A stretch of 26,857 nucleotides of DNA, from contig CDMY01000726.1 in assembly GCA_001179505.1 (NCBI GenBank), forward strand, positions 1 through 26,857, given 5' to 3'. Every line of letters begins with the position of its first letter. Positions within the stretch are counted from its first letter, which is position 1. Below are positions 19,652 to 26,857 of the stretch, piece after piece. Source of the stretch: Vitrella brassicaformis CCMP3155. Taxonomy: Eukaryota; Protista; Chromerida. The translations under genes and the position numbers were made by a program. A model generated the notes under the pieces. It did no database searches. It worked only from the letters and a program-made list of their open reading frames with translations, and had not been told where the DNA came from.

Positions 19652-22600
19652 CTAACCGATCACACGGCCCGACTTCTTGGCCTGGTCCGCCCGCCGCAGC
19701 CCCACACGCGCCGCGGGCCCCTCAACAGGCAATACGCTGTGCTCCCCTGCACGCCAAACATATCAATCACGAGAAACACGGCAACAGGCGAAGTAATGGG
19801 TGGAGGTGTTGCTGGGTTGTGGTGGTGGTGGTGGGTGTGGTGGTGGTTGTGTGTCTCTTACGTGTGATCTTCTTGGCTTCGTGGGCGGCGAGGGGGTTGG
19901 CGGCAGCAGCAGCAGCAGACGTGGCAGCCCCTTTCTTGTCTACATGACAAAACACAACACAGCACAGCACAGCACAGCACAATGGTGACCGCACCCACTC
20001 ACATCCCCCGCCCCTCTCTCTCTGTCTGTCTGTCTCTCTGTCTGTCTGTCCTGTTCCCCCTCCCTCCCTCCCTCCCTCCCTCCCGCCCCCGCTTACTCTG
20101 TGCCTTCTTGGCTTTGGGCTTTGGCTTGGCCTTGGCCTTGGGGGGGGTGTCCGCCTTGTGCTTCTTGCTGGCCGGTGTCGGTGCCTCCTCGCTGTCTTTC
20201 TTGCGCTTGGCCTGGCCCCCGCGCAGCTCACGGTGCGCCCCACCGGCAGCAGCAGCAGCAGGGCCAGGGCCATCGTCATCGTCTGTCCCCCCAGCTGCCG
20301 CAGCTGCAGCAGTAGCACCGGACTTGGCCTTGGGTGGCCTGCCGCCGCGTTTCTTCTCCTTCGGCGCGACGGGGTGGTCGGGCTCGTCGGCATCGCCGGC
20401 TGCATCAGGGAGAAGGGGAGCTGGCAGATCGTCCTCTGGTGCCGCTGCTGCTGGTTGGGCGGGGGCCATGTCGGGCGACTGGACGTATCGCTGAGGCCGG
20501 CTCTTCTTCTCGCGCGCTGCCCGCTGCCTCTTGCCCACAGCAGCACCATTATCACCGGCCGCAGCAGCGGCTGCTGCAGCCGCACCAGCAGCAGGCTTGG
20601 TCTTGGCCTTTGCCACCCGCTTCGGCTGGGGAGCAGGTGGAGCGAGGTCGTGCTGGTCCTGTGGGGCGGGGGGCATTTCCTCCTCTTCGATCTCCTCCAC
20701 CTTGAGCGACATGTCGTCATCGGCCGCACCGTCTTCGCCATGACCGTCACCAGCAGCCATCCGGGGCGCAGGGGCCGCAGCAGCAGCAGCAGCAGCCGCT
20801 GCTGCGGGGGCAGGTTGGTCCTCCTCCTTGTCCCTCTTGGTCTTCTTCTTGCCACCGCCCCCCTGCTTCTCTCTCTTGCGCTTAGGGCGGGATGGCGGCG
20901 TGGGTGGCTCAACTTGGGCAGCAGCGGCGGCGGGGTGCTCGTCCTCTAGCGGCTCTTCCTTGATGGTGTGCAGCGCGTCAGAGCCCTCATCGTCATCGCC
21001 CCTACGATTGCGGCGCCGGGGGCCCCGCCCACCACCCCTGGCTTCCTTGGCCTCCTTGAGTCGTCCCTCGTCCTCCTCCTCCTCCCGCCGCCGCTGGTCG
21101 CGCGCCAGATGACGACGTGCACGGGAGTTGAGGCCGTCGGCCGCAGAAAGACCGTCGGACACTGTCGACTCGGCCTTGCGTGCAGGGGAGTCGCCACGTG
21201 ACGACTCGGCCACGCTCACACCCCCTCCTCCACCAGCTGCTGCTGCAGCCGCCGCTGCTGCCGCCGCGGGCGGTTCGGGTGCTTCTGCTTCTTTGTCTGG
21301 CGCGAGTGCGTTGGCGTCTTTCTTGGCCTTCTTGTCTTTGCGCTGGCGGCCCTTGGGCCTCCCCTCTCCGGCTGCTGCTGCTGCTGCAGCCGCTGCTGCA
21401 GCCGCCTTGCCCATCTGCTGGTGGTGGTGGTCTCCACCGGAGAGCTCCGACTTGGCGCTCTTCATCGACTCGGTCTTGTGGCTCTTGGCCTTGGAGGGTG
21501 GGGACGGAGGGGCAGACGCTGGACCACCTGCTGCCGCTGCTCGGTCTGCTGGTGGGGGCAGGAGGAGCTGGCCGGGATGGTCAGGCGACTCCTTGTCCTT
21601 CGTCTTGTCCTTCTTGTCCTTCTTGCTCTTCAACTTGCCCCCACCGGCCCCATCTGCAGCGGCTGCAGCCGCCGCCGGCTCACCGCCATGCTCATCATCA
21701 ACAACACCGGCCAATGGCTCCAGGGGGGGCGTCTTGACCTCTGCGGGGGGGACGATCGGTGGTGGGGGCGGTGCACCAGGTAGGTGCTCGCCCGCTGCCG
21801 GCTCGGTCAGGTCGACGACCGGAGCAGCGGCAGCTGCTGCTGCTGCTGCAGCAGCCTCCTCCTCAGCTTCTTGGTCTGTGAGGTTCTGCGCTCCTTTGCG
21901 CTTCTTTGAGGCCGGTTTGCTGCCGCCTCTGCTGTGGCTGTCGTCCTTCCTCTTTCGCTGCCGAGATGGAGGGGTGGGAGGGACCTCGGGTGCCGCAGCA
22001 GCTGCCGCAGCAGCTGCTGATGGCTCAGCGGCGTCAGGGGGGCCCGGTGGTGCCAGTGGGTGTTGGCCGATGGGTGCAATGGGAGCTGCGGGAGGGCCGG
22101 TTGGCTGCTGTTGTGTGGTAAGGGCTTTCTGTGCCGCTGCTGCCGCCGCCTCCATTCTCGCCTTTGCCGACTTGGGCTTGTCCTTGGGTGGTGGGGGTGG
22201 TGGGGCGGCGCCTGTGAGATGGCTGAGGGCGGCTTGGGCCTGTGCCTCGCTGTCACGCAATGACGCCTGCATCGCATCCATCGCAATCATACACAGAACG
22301 AGATAAATGTGGTTTGTGTCTGAGTCTGTGTGTGGGGTGTTGGGGGGCTGGTTGAGCGTGTGTATACCACAGGGCGAATGATGGGGTTCTCGAGTTCGAG
22401 GATTTCCAGGTCGAGATTGACCATCTTCTTCTTGTCCTTCTCACGGATGCGCAGCATGTCGACGAGTGTGCGGGCCTGCACAGACAGACAGACAGACAGA
22501 CGCCGGCAGCAGAACGGATGGATGCGAAGGTGGAGGGGTGCATGGCATGGCAAGGGTGCAGCAGTATGTGGTGTTGGTGTGTGGTGCTGACCTTCTCGAG

Positions 22601-25600
22601 GTTGCCCCTGAGCTTCCAGAAGTAGTGGTAGGACATCGAGACCACCTCCGGGCTCTTCGAGTGCTGCACACAACACAACACAGCACAACACAGGACACAC
22701 AGGGACACGTCCATGTCCACATGCACCACTCGCCCACGCACCAACACACCCCCTCACCTCGTCGCAGAGCGGCTTTTCCTTCCGTGTCCGAGTAAGGTTG
22801 TCGAAATACTCCATGGGGGTGCCCGTGATAAGGCCGCACAGTGGGTGGAAGCGGCGCAGACAGCCCTTGTGCGTGCACTGCACCAGGTTGCCCTGGCTCA
22901 TGCCGCAGATGTAACAGGGCTTCTGGCCCCGCCCACTGCCCCCGCTACTAGAACCAAACAAGTCGTTCATACCACCCTGCACACACACACACACACACGC
23001 GCACACACACATAGAAGCGTACAAATGACCTGTTTGTTGTGGTGCCTGCTGCCTGGTGGTGACGGACGGACGGACGGACGGATGGGCTCACCTCCTTGTG
23101 TCGGAACCATCGCTCCAGCGCCCTCGCAGGGGACGAGCCGCACTCTCCCTCGCATTCAACACCATCAGCAAATTTGGCGCACGCCACATGGACAAAAAGA
23201 CGCCTCTGTGGGGGGCGAACGGAGCCCTCCCCCTCCCTCTCCCTCTCCCTCTCTCCAACAACACCACCACCGTCACGACCGCAACCCCCTGCTGCCGCTG
23301 CCGCTGCTGCAGCTGCGGGTGGGACGAGAGGTGGGGGTAGGAGTGGGGGTGGCAGGGGGGCGGGTGCGGGCGATGGTTCGAGACCAAGGCCACCACCCAG
23401 GTCGAGTCCGAGACCTCCTGAAAGGAACGAGTCGGCCGGCGGCTGAGAGAGGGATGGCATCGGCAGCAGGTCGGGCTGCTGCTGCTGCTGTGGGTGTGGT
23501 TGTGGGTGTGTGTTGATGGTGACCGCCTTGAGGGCGCCGCCGCGACGCGGGCACAGCTCACACGACACCTGATTGATGCATTAACAAAGCGACAGGTGGG
23601 CAAGAGTGGCACCGTGTCGTCTGATGCGTTGTGTTGTGTGCCGTGTGGTGTGGTTCTCGCAGACTGACCTCCCAAGGGTCCTCTCCTCTGAGGCAGACGT
23701 CGCACTGCCACCGGTGCCGCTTCTTGGTGAGCGATGACACCGGAGACGGCCCAGCGGCAGCAGCGGCTGCTGCAGCGGGTGACGCACCAGACTCCGATTG
23801 CTGCTCCTCCACTATATGGTCGATGCCGTAGCAGTTGCGATGGACGTGTACCCGGCAGGTGGCACACGCGATCAGGGGGTTGCCCACCTCCTCTACCGAA
23901 CCGTCCTGATCACACATAACACACACAACACACAACACAACCACCCTCTCTGTGTGTCCGTGTATTGCCTGGTTTGCTCTCTCCTGCTGGCTGACTGACC
24001 TTGAGGCAGACGGCACATATGTTGGGAGCGTATGTGTCGGGTTTGAGGACGAGGCCCATGGTGCGGGGGTCGAACTGCCGTCGGTCGGGGCCCTCCTGCC
24101 CGAACGCGTCGTTGTGGTCGTGGTCCTGCTTGCGGAGTCTTGCCTTGGCCTGCCTGTTGCGGCCTCGGTTCTTGTAGTGGAGGTCGGGGCGGCAGTCGCG
24201 GTTGACCAGGGCCTTGTGTCGGTACTCCTTCTGGTAACTGATCGACCTGATCATCACCATCCACACGACACAACACAAAGAAAGAGGTGGCTGAGTGAGT
24301 GCGTCGGTGTTCCCCNNNNNNNNNNNNNNNNNNNNNNNNNNNNNNNNNNNNNNNNNNNNNNNNNNNNNNNNNNNNNNNNNNNNNNNNNNNNNNNNNNNNN
24401 NNNNNNNNNNNNNNNNNNNNNNNNNNNNNNNNNNNNNNNNNNNNNNNNNNNNNNNNNNNNNNNNNNNNNNNNNNNNNNNNNNNNNNNNNNNNNNNNNNNN
24501 NNNNNNNNNNNNNNNNNNNNNNNNNNNNNNNNNNNNNNNNNNNNNNNNNNNNNNNNNNNNNNNNNNNNNNNNNNNNNNNNNNNNNNNNNNNNNNNNNNNN
24601 NNNNNNNNNNNNNNNCCCCCCCCCCCCCCCCCCCCCCCCTCTCTCTCTCTCTCTCGTCAAGACGCACCTGCGCTCCTTGGCCTCAGGGGGTGTGTGCTCT
24701 GGGCAGTAGACGGCCACCTGTAGCTTGGGAAACGCCCTGTCAGGCATCCCCTGCCACGTCATGAAGTGCTCAGGTAACGCCTCCTGGTCGAACCGCGCCC
24801 GCCACTGCTCGTCGGACTCGCCGGGCCGCTGCACGGGGCCCACGAGGGACGCGTGGCAGAAGAGACCCTCGTACCAAGCACACATGGGGTGGAAGGACCT
24901 GTCGCAGCAGGGGGAGCCGTCGGGGCGGGTGTGACTGCATGGGACTGTGAAACCTGCACACCCCCAGAGACATGGATGGATGGATGGATGGAGGGGGGCA
25001 TGGGTCGTGTGTGGTGGGGGCTGCTAGGCGGGTGGCTCGCTGACCCACTTACCCTCAGAGCGCTTGCAGATGCAGCAGGTCTTGCCGGCGCGTTCGGGCT
25101 GGAGTCGTGTGAGGTCCCACCCCTCGTATGTGAGCATGTTGCGGCAGGTGATGCCGTAGGGCAGCAGCCAGACGGCACAGGTCACGTGCACCCATCGGTT
25201 GTCGGTGGTCTCCTTGAGCGCGCCGCCCGGCCACCCGCATATGGCGCACTTGTGGGAGCCAGGGACGAAGTTGATGAGCTGCTGGAAGCCCGTCTTCTTC
25301 TCTGTCTCGCAGCGGCGGCAGTACCAGAGCTGGTTCTCCTGGGACTCCTCGAACTTCTTCTTGGGGGCGACTGATGGATGGATGGAGGGAGGGATGGATG
25401 GATGACACCACACACACACAGACAGATAGACAGACAGACAGTGTGTGCATTGGTCTCTCCCTCCCTCCCTCCCTGTCACTCTCCTTGTCTGTCTCACCCA
25501 CCTGCATAGCAGTTCTTGTGCACGGTGACAAAGCACCTCTGGCATTCCTTCAGTTCGTTGAGGCTGTCCCCGCCGCAGCCGAAGCACACACTGATGGCAC

Positions 25601-26857
25601 ACAACACGCACTCAGATGCACCATCCCCACAACAAATACCACAATCCCCTCCCTCTCCCTCCCTGTCCCTCTCGCCCACCTGCAGAACTGCTGTTCTTGC
25701 TTCTCCTTCTCCTTCTCCGCCTCATTAACTTTTGCCTCGCCAGACCCACCACCAGCAGCACCCGGCTTGTCCTGCCCAGACACACCAGTATCACCACCGG
25801 CGGCAGCAGCTGCTGCAGATGACGACGCCGCGGCAGCACCGTGTCGCTGGCCGTGGCCGTGATGCCCATGCCCCCGTGTCTCGTGGTGTGGGTGCACCAC
25901 GCCGAAGTGCGCGTGATGGTCGGGGTGGGATGGCGACCCTGCTCCTCCTGCACTGGCTGCGGCGGCGGCGGCCGCGGCTGGTTGGCTCTGTCCTTGCGGC
26001 GTGTCGGGGGGCTTGTTACTCTCGTCCTGGGGCGGAGGGGGCGGGGGCGGGATGTGGTCGGCGTGTTCGTTGACGAAGGCGCGCAGACAAGCAGACCACT
26101 GGTTGCTGGCGTAGCTGCGGTCGGTCATGGCCTTGGTCTCCTCGGGCCGCTCATTGGGGTGTGGGGGTGCAAGGGCCTCCTGCTGCACGCGGCGCATCAG
26201 CTCGTTCCGCCACTTGTTGACCTGCTGGGCCCGTACGAAGGTTCCCAGGTACTCATGCAGGGTCAGCTGCGCCACCTCATTGGCCTCCAGATCCTCCAGC
26301 TTCATCCTGTCCATGAGCTGCTCGGCAGCCCGCAGCGCCTCGGTCTCCTCCTCATCCAGCTCCAGCTTCTTGAAGTTCTCCGTGTCCGCCCCTCTCAGGG
26401 GCAGCCACCTCCACAGCTCCTCCCCCACCACCACCACCGGCAGGCTGGGCCCCGGCCTGTCGACGACAGGCAGGCCGAACTCCTTGAAGGTGCCGCGGAC
26501 GACGGCCTTGAGCCAGGGGCGGTAGCGCACCTTCTGGTCGTCCACAGTGGCCTGTGGGGCCTGCCGGTGTCTCCTACTCGACACGATGGCGTACTTCTCG
26601 TACGTGTTGATCGGGTGGACCTCGGCGATTTGGTAGTCGATCGTGCTTTGCTCAGCCGGGCCGGTGGGGAGCTCACTGACGTGCTCAGGCATATCCGAGG
26701 GGTCCGGAAGGAGCGGCTCACCCAGAGGCACCTGTGCCGGCTCACCACCAGCAGCAGCAGCAGCAGCAGCGGCAGCGGCAGAAGTGGAACCGTTGTGGGG
26801 CGGAGGGGGGGCGGGTGCCGATGCCTCACGGCGAACAGGGCCGGACGGTGAGCATGC
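19652..26857 (-). CDS. 5'-partial chromatin reader/HAT-complex scaffold with two PZP (PHD-Zn knuckle-extended PHD) modules and a BRPF/JADE/Nto1-like EPc-II helix; exons 26857-25680, 25590-25502, 25370-25053, 24953-24668, 24246-24000, 23905-23669, 23568-23092, 22976-22758, 22663-22592, 22475-22368, 22266-20097, 19939-19862, 19746-19657
   Basis: PZP1: CSVC..CQRC..HKNC..WYCRRC / CAICGWPGGALKETTDNRWVHVTCA..CCIC..FHPMCA..YCPEH. PZP2: CAVC..CATC..HRNC..WQCDVC / CELCPRRGGALK..FVHVACA..CYIC..CTHKGC..FHPLCG..LCDEH. These are followed by KLRGNLEKARTLVDMLRIREKDKKKM and a ~720-aa Ala/Pro/Lys-rich disordered exon. The frame is open to the window edge. Confidence 0.88.
24316..24615. other. assembly gap (300 N) in an intron of the PZP gene
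   Basis: N run followed by a C24 homopolymer (24616-24639). Confidence 0.99.

Noticed and set aside
21128-22306. Long + strand ORFs (392 aa here, plus 25841-26851, 20158-20949, 16378-16785 and similar)
   Set aside because: Antisense shadows of GC-rich, Ala/Pro-rich minus-strand exons; no independent splice or domain signal.
1-26857. CRISPR arrays, rRNA/tRNA genes, transposase or reverse-transcriptase ORFs
   Set aside because: None seen. Repeats are simple microsatellites or local duplications without spacer structure or terminal inverted repeats.

Overview
Eukaryotic, GC-rich, intron-dense genomic DNA. Introns are short (mostly about 40-150 nt) and packed with microsatellites, which is most consistent with a chromerid alveolate such as Vitrella brassicaformis (inferred from sequence style, not a database match). 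I built spliced models by hand, checking splice phase at each junction. From left to right: the 3' end of a + strand hypothetical gene; a minus-strand coiled-coil/RING gene broken by several lesions (probable pseudogene); a + strand orphan gene with a signal-peptide-like N-terminus; a complete 13-exon cytochrome P450 with an atypical heme motif (FSIAPRSCIA); a ~1100-aa protein with two degenerate p25alpha/EF-hand-like repeats; an intact coiled-coil + C3HC4 RING gene; a split Tudor-domain coding region; and a 5'-truncated chromatin reader with two tandem PHD-Zn-knuckle-ePHD (PZP) modules plus a BRPF/JADE-type helix. Two 300-N gaps lie in introns. The most striking non-genic signal is that many introns carry (AC)n near the donor and (GT)n near the acceptor on the sense strand, suggesting RNA-structure-assisted splicing. 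No rRNA, tRNA, CRISPR or transposase signal was seen.
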